Assembly (NCBI GenBank): GCA_036172245.1
Contig: JAYWIR010000009.1
Span: 4,402,001 to 4,466,000, forward strand
Source: Raillietiella orientalis
Taxonomy: Eukaryota
Length of the DNA: 64,000 nt
Direction of reading: 5' to 3'
A program made the position numbers and the translations under genes. The notes below the pieces were generated by a model. It was not told where the DNA came from. It made no database searches and saw nothing but the letters and a program-made list of their open reading frames with translations. This document shows positions 1-13,400 of the stretch, piece by piece; positions within the stretch are counted from its first letter, which is position 1; the number at the start of each line of letters is the position of its first letter.

Positions 1-250
1 ATCTGAGGGTCGTAAAACGGGAACTTGCCGGCATCCTGCATAGGATGCAGAGGACGCCCTCCAGCACCTGGTGATCCCTTCCTGAACCTCCCCATTTTGT
101 TTCGTGTATATTTTTTTTGTTGTTGTTTCATTTTTCTTTTCGTTCTGCCACTGACCTGTATGTTTATTTTTTATATAAGTGAACGCCCCGGCTCAACCCG
201 GTGTCAACCCAGTGACCAGAGCGGTGGCTGCAGAAGTGGGAATCAAGGCG
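1..250 (+). mobile_element. 3' end of an L1/Tx1-like non-LTR retrotransposon (ORF2 C-terminus plus 3'UTR)
   Basis: gaacttgccggcatcctgcataggatgcagaggacg (ELAGILHRMQRT) matches the element ends at ~38095 (+), ~33020 (-) and ~27220 (-). It is followed by a T-rich tract and a GTGAAC..CCGG..CCGG motif. Confidence 0.7.
163..168 (-). promoter_or_regulatory. Candidate polyadenylation signal (AATAAA) for the laccase mRNA
   Basis: The only canonical minus-strand AATAAA I found between the stop codon and the window start. The AATAAA cluster near 1150-1213 is on the plus strand. Confidence 0.3.
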
Positions 251-1252
251 GGAGACACCGAGGTCCGCGGCCGACAACCCAGGACGCTCTCCCGCTTCGG
301 GGTCGCGAGGCGGCTGCGATGCCAGAAGGAAAAGCGGCGTATCAGGCGACAGCAGCATCCACCCGGTTGATGAGTGGGTGAGGGGGGAGCAGCGAAATTT
401 TCTGGCGAAAAGAATGAACGGAACGGCGGGAACGTGCTAGGGGCAGGCGGACGGGAGCGCGGGGCTTTCCTGCACGGCGGCAGGAGGGGGAAGTTTTCTA
501 ATTGGGGTTTGCTCAAACGGTAGCGTTTCTTCCTCCGGATCCACAGAGAACAGAGACTTTTCCGCTTTCCACGAGTCCGTCTGGCTAGAAAGGAGAGGGG
601 GTCTTGGAGATCGGGAAGAAACAGTGGTCAAAGCAAAAGGAGGAGGGGTGCTTTTTAGACTCCATTGGATCCCCTCCCCATCCGGAGCACAGAGGCCCGC
701 GAACAGAACCTCCGTAGCGGAGCGCTGCCGTTTCCAGAACGCTAAGTGTTGAGCTGGGCGTGGGTTCCGGAGGAAGAGGCCGCGCAGCTTCCGTGGAACC
801 GGTGAGCGCGCGCCGGCCGGGAAAGGGAGAGGGATCGAAAAAGGGGGAGGAAAGCGTCCCGGGACGCGGACCGCGGGAGGTGCGGGGAAGGATCGAGCAG
901 CGAGCGGGACTTCTCCCCTGCCAGGGAATTTCGCGATCCCCCCCAGCTCGACAGACCGAGCGCGCGGATGGGTGGGGGATCCCAGGGAGGCGACGAAAGC
1001 CCCGCGAAGGAAACTTGGACTCTCGACCGCTGATTCCTAGCTGGCGTTCCCGGAGAGAATTCGGGACTTCAGGATCGAATGACAACTCCTGGGAATACAA
1101 AAATGCATCTATTCTTATTCTTATTATTCTTATTGTTATGTTGGGGAGTAATAAATACAACATGACTAGAAAGTTTGCGGATGTGGAAGTGTTCTAAATA
1201 AATGCCATAAATAAATGCCCCGGCATACCCGGTTGTTAAGCCGGAGGTGTTC

Positions 1253-1488
1253 TCACAGCTGCATCAGCACGAGCAGCATGGCTGCCAAGTTTACGCTGCA
1301 CGGAGCCTTGAACGGCGCCGAGTTGCCACCGTGTGGATCCACCATATGTCGGGAATCAGGCGTCCAGCTGCTGCACTTCGGGAACTCGTAAGGGACTGGA
1401 GGCATCTGCTCCCTCCCTCCCACTTGAAAGATGACTGCCATCCCGATCTCCAGGTGGAAATCGATGTGGCAATGGAGCAGCCAGAAGC
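1253..1488 (-). CDS. Laccase coding exon 10 ([17 protein letters not shown]...[23 protein letters not shown])
   Basis: Acceptor ttccag; HCHxxxHxxxGM type-1 copper motif with axial Met; TGA at 1253-1255; hydrophobic C-terminal tail. Confidence 0.96.
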
Positions 1489-4400
1489 CTGGAATTTCCG
1501 ACCGTCAGTTGACGCGCGCGCGATCCGCGACGCGCAGCCTGCGCGAAGCAGCAGCGTCTCCGCTGGCTCTTCTTCTTCCCTGCATCCCCGGGCTGGAGGA
1601 AGGGAGGGAACCGAAACGGGAGCTGGAGTCCCACGGACGAAGCGGCGCCGCGTTCACGAACCCAGGAAGCGCCCCGGGTCGAAAGACCGGATCTCCCGCG
1701 TCTTCCTCGGACGAGCGGGGCGTGGTTCCCACATGGGCTGGGTTGGGCTTTCAGCGAACCCCCCTCCAGCTCCACCTTCTCCTGCACCCTTTCCACGGTC
1801 CGCATGCGGTGTCGTGGTCGTCTTCGTTCGTTCTTCCCCCACGCGGACGAATGGTTTCCCCGGTTCACGTTGGGCTTCAGATGACGCGCTTGGGCCCACT
1901 GACGTTCCTTTAAAAATCATTCGGGATTCTTCCCGCAACACGGGGGGGGGGAGGGGAGGAACAAAAAGGCAACCCGATCTTGCAGCCGATTCCGCAAGGA
2001 ACGCGGACTCCTGACTGTGGGCCTCCGCAACGCCCCTCCAGCGATGCGGCCGACCCTCCTGAACCACCACCGGCCCCCGTTTTCGGATGTGTTCCCCACA
2101 GAGAGTGCAAGCCCTCTGCTACGTCGGAGAGCTCTAGTTTCCAGACTGCAGGGAATTGGCCCCTTCCCTGCCTAGCCCGCTGGACGAAACGTCGATGGCC
2201 AAGGGTTTCTCTTCGTTTGCGCGGGCAGCGAATGAAGCAGAACGCCCGCGAAGAGTCACGCTGCGCTCTCTATCCGAACGGCGGAGAATAGGTAGTTCGC
2301 ACACTGCCCGCTAGATGGATGAGAATGCGCTAGTTCGTCCCAGTGTTCAGGAACCTCCACGGACGGCGAGAGCGCCGGTGGACTCGGCTCGCGCGATATG
2401 GCAGGTTGGTGGCAGCAGCACTGCTCCAGAGCTTTAGTGAACAGTGGAACCACACAGAACAAAGGTAGAGGGCACTTTTCACAGTCTTCACCGTCTCCGC
2501 CTTTATGACACGAAGATGGAGGTCATTTGGGGTTCTTTCTGCTTTCGCTCCTTTCCTTGCAGCCTTTTTCTTTGGGGGGGTTCGCCAATTGCTAAAAAGT
2601 CTCCCGCCTACTTAGGAGGGGGGCTCGTGAAGCTCTTTGACGCTGCCCACGCCACCTTAGGGTGCGCGCAACCCTTCAAGTCAGGAGCTCCGGAGGGAAC
2701 TTCCTTGTTCTCTCCGAAGGGACTTCCTGGAGGAAACCGCTCCTCGTCTGAACTCACTTGAAGAGAACCCTAAGGGACGCTCCCGAATTTCTCTGAAGGG
2801 CGCTCTCCCCGAAGGGAGCACAGCGCCTCTTGGACATGCTGGAGTGTCAACCAAATCCACGGTACGCGATTTTCACAACCGAAGGGGCAGCCCCGAAGGG
2901 AAGCGCCCCCCTTGATTCCTGGAAGGACCCGGGACCCGTCCGGTAGACGGTTTCAACCAGTGCCGCACCCGAGTCGGCCAACCGGCGTCATCTTGCGGGG
3001 GATTCGAAACCCATGACGACGATGCATCCTCCGTTCTCAGCGTCGACGCTCCCCCCCGGGCGAGGATTCGAACCCGCGACGGTTCGATCCTCCGTGCGCG
3101 GAGAGCGCAGCCGCCAGCGCGGGCCGTGTTATGGGAGGTCGGTTTGTGCCAGGTCTTTCTGCGCGTCGATGCTCTGGATGTTTTCCGCGCCGCTCCATCT
3201 TGCGGAGGTATAGCTCGCGAGATCTCCCGCTCTTGCAACACCACTTCAGTTTGTGGAGTTGTAGGATCGTGGAGTGCCGATCTGTAAAGGGGTAAGGAAG
3301 GTCTCCAGAACACTCCCCGCATCGAGGATAAAGCGAGGACTTCGCAGCTGGTCTCCTTGCTTTTCTCAAGGACTTCTGAGCGCTTCAGGAATGTTCTCGA
3401 GATGCCCGCCTTTCGGTAGCCGTGTGGCCACGGCGTCCGCGCGAGGTTCCTAGCGCAGGACGCTTGAATCATCGCCGGAAGAGTCAACTACATCGAGTCT
3501 CTCTGAAAGATGACTCTGGCACGGCTCAGCGAATTCGGGGTGCCCATTGGCAGCGAGCGCTGGCGTGAGCGGACGGATAGCGCTCGATTTTGGGCTCCGG
3601 GAATGGATCATGATTCCCGCACTGCTCCTACAAGATGAGCGCTTTTGTCCTCCTGAGCGGCACCCTACCCGGACGGCGAGGAGGGTCCACTCCAGGAGAG
3701 AGTTTCTGCGGGAAACTCCTTCCCAGCTTACCCTCCCACCTGCCGTAATCGAGGGATGGGGGAGCCGCGTCGCCGACGAGTGCACTCGAGGGAACGGCGC
3801 TCCAGCACTTCAGACTCGACATCTTCTGCAGTCCGGTTTGCGGTGTCCGGCTTTTCGCTTCCATGAAGCCATCTTGTTTCAATGGCGCCATCCAAGCAGT
3901 GCCTTCGTTCTGCCGACGACCACCGGCGGCGCCGCGGCTCCGAACGTTGCTTGCCTCGCCTGGATTGGCGTACGAGCCAGTGGCGACGATTCTCTTTGAG
4001 GTTGATGGCCGTGGTTGATGCCTCACCTGGCTTCGGCAGAACGCAGAGGTCATGCTTGCGGCGATGGGCAAAGCCGATGGACGACCAATCTTGGCTACGT
4101 AACCTTCGGGATTTGCGCCGGGTGTTTCTCCGCCACGCCCTCGTCCTCATCCTCAGCACTGTAGGGACCTTTGTCCCACCGGCAACCTCTTTACATAGCG
4201 GCCTCGTCAGCTCTCCCTGCTCGTTCATCCGGGTATCCTTAAGGGGAAGAGGGTGTTCGGCGTCCTCCTGTTCGCTTAGGGGGTCTTTCGAGTCCTCCAC
4301 CCCACCCACCCCTCCAAGGACTGTCGCGCCCGTTTCACTCGACCCTCATGCCCGGAGAGCATTCCCTACGTCGAGACTCCCTTTCCTGCTTTCTGTACGC

Positions 4401-7400
4401 TCCGGGACTCCGGATGGGCCTAGGTGTCAGCCCCCGTCCCCCTCCTCCTCGACCCACAAGGAGTGCAGCCACCAGGCATGTGCAGCACCTCTGCCGCGTG
4501 CTCCGAGGCAGAGGTCACGGAGGGAGTGACCCTCCTCCGCCACTCAGAAGACGGACACGCCCCTTCTCTCGAACAGGGAAGCGTCTCCGGGATGCAAAGG
4601 TCAACCGGGTTCCGCGGGGTCCCCAGTGTCCTCCCAACAATCTCCTCCCGACTGCGTTCGTTTGTCTTCCGGAGAGGCTCCCTTCGGAAACATCGATTCA
4701 ACGGACGCGCGTCGCGTCGCCCGGACAAACAAACAACCCCCTACCCCCCCTCTCCTCCTCGCTCTACTACAATGGGTTGGCGTGTATGGGGTGGATGCTC
4801 ACGACGCTCACATCCCTCTGCAAATAGGGTCGCAGAGCTTAACCGAGCCTTGTAGAGTCGGGGCTACAAGACCAGCGGAAGAGCGAAGGCCACCCAGCAA
4901 TTCCAAGGAGGAGGAAGGGAGGAGACACTTCACCTCCGCGCGCGCGCGCCACCCGCCAGCATCTGGTTATCCCCTTTCTCCCTCGTCGTCGTCCCTGCTC
5001 GGATGCGTCCTTTTGATGTAGAAGGCGCAGGGATCCACCCCAGGGCGCCGTCTGCGCTGAAGACGGGAGCCTCCGGGACGAAGAAGCCAGGGCACGCTCT
5101 CCCATCTAGCGGGGAGCGCGTGAACTACTTGTTTTTCGTCCTCCGGACAGAGAGCGCCGCGTGACATTTCTCGGGCGTTCTCGGTACCAGACAAGTGCTG
5201 CACGGACGCCCAGACTCGCCAATCCAGGATGGCGGCGGCCACCCGTGCCCTCCTCCTCCCCCTCTCCCCCGCATCCGGCAGGGCTTTCCGCGAAGGGACG
5301 CAACCGAGCAGCCTTCCGATGAAGTCACGTTTCGCCGGAACCGGGAAGGAAGCGGGAAGCGTCCCCCCTCCCCCTTTCCCCCTCCCTCCTCTCTCTCGTT
5401 CAAGGGATGGACGGGAGGGGCTGGCCCGCGTCGCCCGCCGGGTACGAGCACGGAGATCCGGACCCGCGGTCCCCACGATATGATCCCCGCGATCTCGAGG
5501 CGGGGATGGCGAGGGGCGAGCGGGAAGCGACTCGACACGTCCCTTTATCGGCCACCGAGCCCTTCCGGCGGGTCTCGGTCCGAACTGGGCGACACCGCCG
5601 CCTCCGGAGACTCCGCCGCGGGCTCTCGCGCGGTGACGTCGCGACTGTGACGAGGAATCCGTTTCCGGATGAGCAGGTCGAGCGCCGTCGTGGGGATCCG
5701 CACGGCGGCCGGGAGGCCCCACTCGCGCGCGCCAGAACCAAAGACCCCCTGCTGTTCCTTTCTTCCCAATTTTTATTTATTTATTTGTTGATTCATTCGT
5801 TCGTTCGTGCATTCGTCTATTTATTCATTTGTTTATTCGTTTATTTATTCACTCCATTTGTTTATTGATTTATTCATTCGTTATTCGGTAGTTATTTATT
5901 GGTTCATTCATTTATTTATTTATTCATCTACTGATCTATTCGTTCATTTGTTTATTCATTCATTCATTATTATTTATTTATCGTTCCTTCCCTTCCCGCT
6001 CGGGGCGTTGTACGACCGGCGAGCCGTCGGTCCCTTCTACGCGAACTTCTGCGCCTGGGGGTTCCGACGCTTCCGCCTGACGCTCGCTTCTCAGACGAGC
6101 GCCCCTGACGCGACGGGGTCAAAAATCCTCTCCGGAGGACGCTGGACCGGAAACGGGTCTGCCCGGGAAGATCAGCGCTTCCCTTTCCTTAGGGGATGGG
6201 AGGCCCGCGGCAAGCCCAGGGGCAGAATGCGGGCGGAGTCCCGGTTTACCTGGATTGTCCGTTATGAAGCGCACGACGGTGTATCCCCCGTCGGGCACGA
6301 TCACGGTGTCTTTCAAGGGCGCTCCTTTGAGTTTCCTTGCGATGCGTCCTTTCCTCTCGTTGGCCTTGACTTCCTCCAGGGTGACGTTCTTCCCCATCCG
6401 GTGCATGGCCATCACCCGGAAGTAGTGACCATGGAGGTGAATGGGATGGTTCGCGTCGAAGGGCACCCCTGCCAAAAGTCGTCATTAGAGATTCCGGCAA
6501 AATCTGTTGCCTCGTCGTCAAAGACGTCGCGCTGCAACGTGGAAACACCGCCCCCCTCGCGGTGCGGCCGCTCTCTCCGCGCCCCCCTGCTGCTGGCCCT
6601 CGCATCGCCTCGCATCCGGCTGTTTCCTGCCAGGAAGCGACTGCCGGCCACGGACCAAGAAGCCCTTCGCCTGACACCGAGGTGTATCCGTACGAGGTCC
6701 CCCATGCGGCGCCGACCTCGGCGTCACCCGACCAAACGTCGGACAATATCGCCGTGCGCGGTGGTCGTTCGGCGGTTTCCGTGCCGACTCGCTCGTCTCG
6801 GGGCGGGGCGGGCAAGCAAAAGCCGGCGTGCTGGACCAAGGCAGGCAAAGACCAGCGAAGACTCCGCAAAGACCCGTCCCAGCAAAGTGCCATCCTGAGT
6901 CGCCAAACCTGAAGACTGCGAAGAGGCGACGTAGACGGGAGAAACCCGAGGGGAAGAGCCAAGAGGAAGAAACTCTTCAGCTGCTCCCCTTCGTCCCTTG
7001 CCGTGGTGGCGAAGGAAGCGCGCTGTCGCTCTCCCGGTCACCGCGGCAACGGCGGCAGCTGAGAAACGATATCGAGCAGGTCCGGAAGGCGTGGCGAGGA
7101 GCGCGCGTCCGGGGCCTGCAGGGGACGACGCGTGTTCTCGGCAGACAGCCGCGGGGGATCGCGTTCCGCAGCTTCCTCATCCACGCGCGCCCTGACGTTC
7201 CGAGCAGGCCGGTTGGCGCTGACCCCTCCGTTCCCAGGGACACGCAGCCTCGTGCAGAGCGAGCGTGGGATATAACACGCACGCGTCCTGCGCGGTGAGC
7301 GGACTTCACGAGGCAACCACGGGGATGCGCGGTGGCGAGGCGCGTCCTTTTCCGCAGCTCGAGACACCGCGTGGCAACGTGGTGGGCACCGCGTGATCGC

Positions 7401-10400
7401 GCGCCGCCCACCTTCACGTGGCGTTCACGGCATCCCCGCGACTTATGCGAAAAGTGGCGAAACGATGCAACTCTGTCACCAACACACTCTGTCATTACGA
7501 TGTGAGCCCGAACGATGATGATGGTGGTGGTGGTGGTGGTGGTGGTGGTGGCGGCGCGACGATGAAGAAGAAGAAGATGATGATGATGATGATAAATGAC
7601 GCAGAAATGCTATAAGTGTCAGTTCGTCGATTTCTTTTTCGGGATTCCGAGATCCGCTCGTGTATCCAGGGATCCCTGCTGCACGGAATTTTCGTTGGTG
7701 GTCATCGGGAGTGCGTCCGATGCGCTCCGCCTGCATCAAGGGGGGGGGCATCCAGGAGACCCCTGACGGTCCCGAGAGGAACGAGCCGTGGAAGCAGGTG
7801 GGGAACTCGGAAGACGCGATCGTTCCGCGAGATCTTCACCCTCCCCTGCAGTCCTCCTCCCCCTTCTCCCGGTTCGGCGAGCTCCCGCGTTTCCAGGCAC
7901 CTCGCGTCCCGGCTTCTTCGATCCCGCAACGCGCGCCACCTGCGACCGAGTCTTCGAGTCTGTGAAAATCCCTGCTGGAGACTCCGCGCTTCCGGTTTCG
8001 GATGCTGGGAGTCAGCATCGGCAAGAGCGAAGCACTGCTGAGCATTCTCCTCAACATAGGAGAGGGGGAGCACCCCATCAATCCAGGAAGGGCTCAGGAG
8101 GAAGGAGTCCGTTCCTCACCTACTCTTGGGGGGTGAGGGGAAACCCTGAAGGGAACCACCTCGTCTTTGTTCCCTCTGGAGGGACGCTCCTTGCTTCTTC
8201 CTCCTCCGAAGAGAGTCCCGAAGGGACGCTTCCCGATTTCGTCCGAAGGGCGCTTCTGGCACTCTGGAGAGGCGATCCCCCCACGGGGGGTATCTCAACC
8301 AGCTCCATGGAACGGCTCCATTTTCCCAGCCGGAGAGGCAACCCCGAAGGAAACCAACGCTCCCTGGTTCCTGGAAGGACCCCGGGTGGCTCCGCGGCCA
8401 GTCGACGTGGGTGGGCATCCGGGGACTTCCACCAGTGCCGCACCCGACTGTAGGGCCGTCCTGTGGGGGGGGGGGGGAATAGAAACCCGCGACGACGCCA
8501 CCCCTTTTCTCGGCGTCGGTGCTTTACCATCTGGCGGGATTCGAACCCGCAACGGCCGGTGCCTCCACGCGCGGAGACCTCAGCCACACTGCTGCCAGCG
8601 CGGGCCGCGTGGCTACGGCGTGCGTGCCCCATCGGCCATTCTTTGCTCGCACGCGCAGGGACACGTTGTCAAAAAGCACCGGAAAAAAATCAAAAAAGAA
8701 AAAGAAAAAAAGGTAAATAAAGAGAAAGGCGTCTTCGGAGAGGGTGTCTTGCAGAAAGAAGAAGGGACACGAAGCGCACTTACCCTACTCAAACCATCAT
8801 CCACCGAGGACGTTGCTAACCGCGACAACCCGATCCACAAATCGCTGCGGATCCGACGGCAGGCCGATTCACAGCCTCTGCCCGTCTGGTTCACAGAATT
8901 GTGATCTCTTGAACACGCTGCACAGCCCCTACGACCCCACCTGCAAGGAGGAAGGACAACGTCCCTGAACCGAGAGCCGTTCCACAGCATCGAGCTAGTC
9001 CGGCGGCGTTCCAGGACCATCGGCCTCAGAGCCCTGAACGAAAGGGTTAGGAAGGGAACACGCGGACGCGGGTATTTCTCGCGGCGGCGTCACCTTCGCT
9101 CCCTTCCGCGAGGAGATCAGGGCACGCCTCGGGGACGCAAGTAAAGTGCCCGTCGGCCCCGGCGACAGCCCGTCGCACGGCAAGGTGCGGGGGCAACGGG
9201 CCCGAGCTGAGAGACATCCCGGTTCCACGAACCAGATCAACTCCAAAGAGCGGACGACGGTCTCTGTTGGTAGAGAGCCTCTTCTTCGCTGCCTGCTCCA
9301 GGATCTCTCCGCCGGTCCAGACGAGGTCTCTGTGACGACAGCGTCAACATGAAGTCCGATTGGTCGGCTTACCACGGGCCCCATCGGGCGCCTCGAACTC
9401 AATGGTTTCCTTCGTGCACCGTGCAATCTCTCCCTCAAGGCCGGAGGCAGCCCGCGGGCGTCACCCCCCGGTTGCTGGGACTGCAGACGCAGTTGAGCCC
9501 TTCCTCCTCATCTTCGCAGTCTCGGGCCGACCCGGTAGGCGGGCGCAGCCTGTGGGCGCTTGCCCGAGGAGGCTGTGGGGGAGCCCCACCTTCGCATTGC
9601 GGAGGGTCCTCCCCCTCCACCCCAGCCTTCGTCCCTCCGCACGCGGAGCGACGAGCCCGCTCATCCATGAGGAGCAAGAAGCGGAAAGCAGGGTCCCTCG
9701 GCCCGGGAAACTCCTGACCGGGAAGCGGGGAAGGGGGAGCATTTCCGGGAAACGCGCGCGCGGGACACCTGCCTGGAGCGTTTTCCTCACCTTCGTCGAT
9801 GAGCACGAGCTCGACGACGGCGCCAAGGGGCAGTTCGATGACGTAGGTGCACTCGCAGAACTCGGCGGTGCAGTTCCGCTCACGCAGCGACAAGTGGTTG
9901 CAGAAGCTGCTCCTAGGGATCTCCTCAAGCTGGGAGAGCAAGGGCACGGGAGGCATCTTCATGCTGATGTGGTTGAACTGGGGCGTGTACCTCTTCGGGT
10001 TATCTGGGGGAGGCGCGCGTTCGAACGGGGAGGTGAGGCGAACGAATCGGCGAGGCACCCCACCTTTCTGTATGGGGAAGTACTTCTTGTCGTAGATGTG
10101 GGGGTTGTTGATCTCCTTGTAGTCGTAGGGGAGGAATATCTTGAAATCCGCCTCCTTACGGGAACAGGCGTCGTCCGGAACCAGGGAATCCATCTCCACG
10201 ACGGTGAGGCTGCTGTCTTCCTGGCCGGGCCCCGCGTTCATGGGGTTGAACACCTGGAAGAGACATGGCGTGGGTGGGGCTACCCGGTTCAGGATCCTCC
10301 CGGGCGGGGAAGACCGGGAACCGCCGTAATTACCAATCCTTCCCTTCCGCAGGACTCGTAAGTTGTCTCTTCCGGGATGCGTCCGGGGTCCACGCCTTTG

Positions 10401-13400
10401 TAACGGAGAAGGGCCGTTTGGCAGATCTTCCCGGCCGTCGTCCCGCAGTCGATCAGCCCTTTGAACTTGAAGCGGTACACCGCCGGAGTCTGGTTCGCGC
10501 TGATCACGACGTCGTACCTTTCTCCCGCGTAGAGGATCAGCGAGTCGACTACGGGGGAAGGAGGAGGGAGTCGCGAGCGGGTGGGAGGCGAAAGGGGGCG
10601 GGGGGCGGGGTGGGAAAGGGAGGGCGGCCCGTGTCTCCTCGTTCCGCGGCCCTCCGACGGGAAAAAACCTCCATGTGCTCCACGCCCTTCCCTTTCCCGA
10701 GCGCATCGCCACCCCCTTACGGCCTCCGAAGAAAGCCCCGCGCAAGGAACGAACGCGAATCGTCCGCTGCGGCAGGCCCTTCCCCCCCCGGGGAGAGCGG
10801 GCCGCAACGCGGGAAGAAGCGGTTCGAAAGGGACGCTCCCCGGAGGCGGGTGGGGCTGCTGCTGGGTGCGTCCCAAGAGAGGAAGAGAGCAGGAACGGCG
10901 CTCCCGGTGCGCTTTCCCGGCTCGCACGAGGCGGTGCCCACAGAAATCCCGGAACACCATGAAGACGTATGTGTATCATACATATTCACATAACCAACAA
11001 TTGTTTCTCCTATACAGGGATGCAATCGACAACTGTTAATTATATATATATCGACCACACATTGTTAATTACATGTGATTGTACAATCCATAATATGCTC
11101 ATTATATACATATCGATGGAATATTGACACAATCAACAGCTGTTTATTATACACATATATACTCGTAGGATCAAGAATTGTTTATTACATGTGTATATTC
11201 ATACAATCCATAATATGTTTATTAAATATATAGAGATGCAATCAACAGTTGTTTAAATATATATGTGTGTGTATTGATACAATCAACAACTGTTCATTAT
11301 ATTATTGGCATAATCCATATGCTTATTATACATATTGAAGCAATTCATAAGTTCATTATATATATCAATACATAAATCCGCATTCAGATTAATATATGTT
11401 ATAAAGATTATAAAAATAAATGTATGTGCTTATTATGCATGCATATACATATATTTATGCATGCATTAATATGAAAATTTATTTTAACGTACGTATTTAT
11501 TAATATATTTCCATAAGTAAGTAGTAATCTTATTTTAACATAAGATTGAATAAACAACTGTTGATTCTCATCCCATATTGAATTACCGCACACACTATTA
11601 AGATAATTAATCGTTAGTACATTTATTAATGTATACATTTATATACAGATTTATCCTAGCACATACATCTACTAGTATAAGTAGCAATATGTGTTGATGA
11701 TATATTATTGATATTCATAATAAACATAAGTATTTATTCTTCATGATCTTTAGGGATTTCGACATTCGGGATTTTGAAAGGAACCCTTTACGCCGAATCC
11801 GCCCTACTCTACCCACTCCTACTGGTAGCGAATTCCTTTTCAGGGGCTCTTTCGGCGAGGGCTACATTTCCATAGCGTGGGGACCAAAGGCGTTTCCTCC
11901 CCTCTCTCTCCCCTAGTATTTTTAAATTATTGCGTTCGTCTTATCCCTCAGAGTTGCGGAAGGGGAGCCCGCGCCTGGGAATCCTGAGCTTCGGAGGGGT
12001 TCGGGATGTTTCCAGAACCTCCGGTGGAAACCGCCGCTTCCCTCACTTGACGAAGGTCTGAACTTCGAGCGGGAAGTGGTCATGGGGGCCAGCGGAAGGC
12101 GGTGTCGGCACCCCCCGGTGGTGCAGCCATCTGTCCCTTGGCCTCGGACAAGATGGACCCGTCGGGACGAAACACGCGGGACTGGGGTCGAAGCCCGGAG
12201 CGCAGTGCCGCCGGCGGCTGGGGATAGCGGGAGGGCGCACGGAGGGGGGGAGAAACCATGCTGCCTTTTGTCCCGTCCTCCGGTTAACAGGACAAAAAGC
12301 CACGTGCTTCACACCGAGACGAGGTGCTGATGCTGTTGTGGGGCGATCAACACGCACGCGGGAGCGCGTCCCTAGGCCCACTTCAAGAGTGCTCATCGAG
12401 AGGGAAGCTCGGTTTCGCCAGGTGGTCACGCATGGTCCTCGGGCACTTTCCTTCTTCGCTCCTTCCTCTCCCCGCTCCGGAAGGACTGGATCGGTCGGTT
12501 TCCAGCGGGCAATGGAACACGACTTCCGCCAGAGCAGCAGCCGACCCACCCCTCGGCACGGTCGCTCCCAAATGGCTTCTCTTCAGAAGACAGAAGAAGG
12601 CGCGTTCTTCGATCCGTGAAGAAGAGCTCCCTTGTTTTGACAAATGAAACAGGAACAGCTTTATGGACCGGAAGGATTCCGTCGTTTTGGAGTGGTAGAT
12701 GGTAACCCCGTTTGAATCCAACTGCCCGCTATGGCCAAGCAGGAAGGAGTTGGATTGGCTGACGGAAGTAGCAGTGCCAGCGATGCGCGGGATGAGGAAA
12801 ACGAATCGGGCACTGCAAGGATACGCAAGGAGTGCAACCCTCAGCTTTCGATCGATTGATTATCCCCGGGAAAGAGGGACCACGGATGGAAACAGTGGCT
12901 AGGCCCGCGTGGGCGGCACCTCCGCCGTCGAGTGGGACGAACCATCAGGTGTTCGGGTCTTCCCGAGAGATGACTGGCACGGCTCAGAGGATTCGGGTGC
13001 GCACTGGAATGGAGCGCTCGCGAACGCGGATGAATACGCGCTCGACTTGCAACCGGGAAATCGGGAGAGGCTCACCCGCTTCCTGCCTTCGCGAGCACCT
13101 TGGTTGCGTGGCTGTGGGAGGGCTCCGAGTTGCCCCGATGCCCCCAGCGGGGTGAAGCAGCGGTTCTCCGGTACTTGGCGGACCACGGTACACGCATAGA
13201 AAGGCATTGGGTTTACTGAGGATTCTGGTAGGAGCGGATCTTAACGAGGCACGGTGCTGCCAGAGTGACGACTGGCGAGGGACCATTAAGGAAAAGTGGG
13301 GAGGGATGCACTCGTGGAAGACGCCGGCAGAACGGGCGGCGTTGCGGCAACGCATTCCAGCGCAGCACCCTTCCCTTCCCGGAACTGGTCGCCTCGGCAA

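Noticed and set aside
1148..1215. AATAAA cluster as the laccase poly(A) signal
   Set aside because: The hexamers are on the plus strand, opposite to the gene.
5807..6898. 363-aa ORF with a hydrophobic N-terminus (membrane protein?)
   Set aside because: The hydrophobic part is the translated (ATTT)n repeat, and the middle is antisense to laccase exon 9.
7476..7751. Poly-His ORF as a copper-binding peptide linked to the laccase
   Set aside because: It is just the translation of a (GGT/GAT)n microsatellite, with no splice or coding support.
8530..8620. Functional tRNA gene (also at ~3060 and ~39260)
   Set aside because: B-boxes are present, but I cannot fold a full cloverleaf. The copies at ~3060 and ~8540 are fused to a dispersed repeat body, so a SINE head is the better call.
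1489..9790. Mutually exclusive alternative 3' exons as in insect laccase-2 A/B
   Set aside because: I found no duplicate HPxHLHG or HCH exon in introns 8-9 or downstream within the window.
9435..10979. 514-aa ORF as a single protein
   Set aside because: Only 10064-10253 and 9791-10003 are laccase exons. The rest is intron or out-of-frame read-through in GC-rich DNA.
10985..11300. CRISPR-like array (CAATCAACAACTGTT repeats with spacers)
   Set aside because: The repeats are short and degenerate, the spacers are themselves similar AT-rich units, the context is a eukaryotic intron and there are no cas genes.
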